A DNA stretch of 64,000 nucleotides from Phallusia mammillata (lineage: Eukaryota). Below, in pieces: positions 63,681 to 64,000 of this stretch. Under the pieces are notes generated by a model. It had not been told where the DNA came from. It saw only the letters and a program-made list of their open reading frames with translations, and made no database searches. The stretch covers positions 19,654,001-19,718,000 of the forward strand of contig OZ281497.1 of NCBI GenBank assembly GCA_965637545.1, read 5' to 3'. The first letter of the stretch is position 1, and each line of letters starts with the position of its first letter. The translations under genes and the position numbers were made by a program.

Positions 63681-64000
63681 ACCTGTTTCAGGAAATCCAA
63701 GCCGAATTGAAACCCCGTTGCCGTCCCTTCGCTATTGACTTTGCACATCCATTCGGTCGTTATAGTTTAAGGAAAACATTTCGTAACATTCCTTCGTATT
63801 TATATTGTATCGTAACTGTGCTTAATATTACCGTGCTGTGATCTGCTCACCGCATACTGTTTACCCGTTGTACTTGTTACTTATTGCTTATATTTATGAG
63901 ACTGATTCGCATTTATCCGCCCTTTCTTGCAATGCGAATCTTTTCAATACAACTCTTGCCAATCACTCTGCCTTGCTTCGTTACGACAGGAAGCCAGAAT

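Noticed and set aside
1-64000. tRNA, rRNA, snRNA or SL RNA genes
   Set aside because: No cloverleaf, A/B-box pair or conserved RNA motif was recognised by eye; a tRNAscan-SE or Infernal run would be needed to exclude them.

Overview
AT-rich, intron-dense animal genomic DNA, most likely an ascidian (inferred from a GnRH-X-like gene and short introns). All gene models were spliced by hand. From left to right: (1) the 5' end of a DOCK6/7/8 gene (- strand). (2) A tandemly duplicated two-gene unit of RDH11/12/13-like short-chain dehydrogenases, giving four copies: three intact and one pseudogene. The pseudogene is split by a 5.3-kb two-gene EnSpm/CACTA-type transposon that itself carries a nested hAT MITE. 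(3) A PDZ-C2-RhoGAP SYD-1/SYDE gene (+). (4) ALG2 (-). (5) CFAP57/WDR65 (-) with an upstream RFX X-box. (6) A 4-exon neuropeptide precursor missed by the ORF track, encoding a GnRH-X-like peptide DHWTKWFKPGMQNTG-GKR that begins with Asp instead of the usual Gln/pGlu. Several MITEs have readable TIRs and TSDs. Other notable items are a decayed hammerhead-like motif, a 51-bp double-hairpin insertion and an apparent gene-conversion tract. No database searches were run; family assignments come from remembered motifs.
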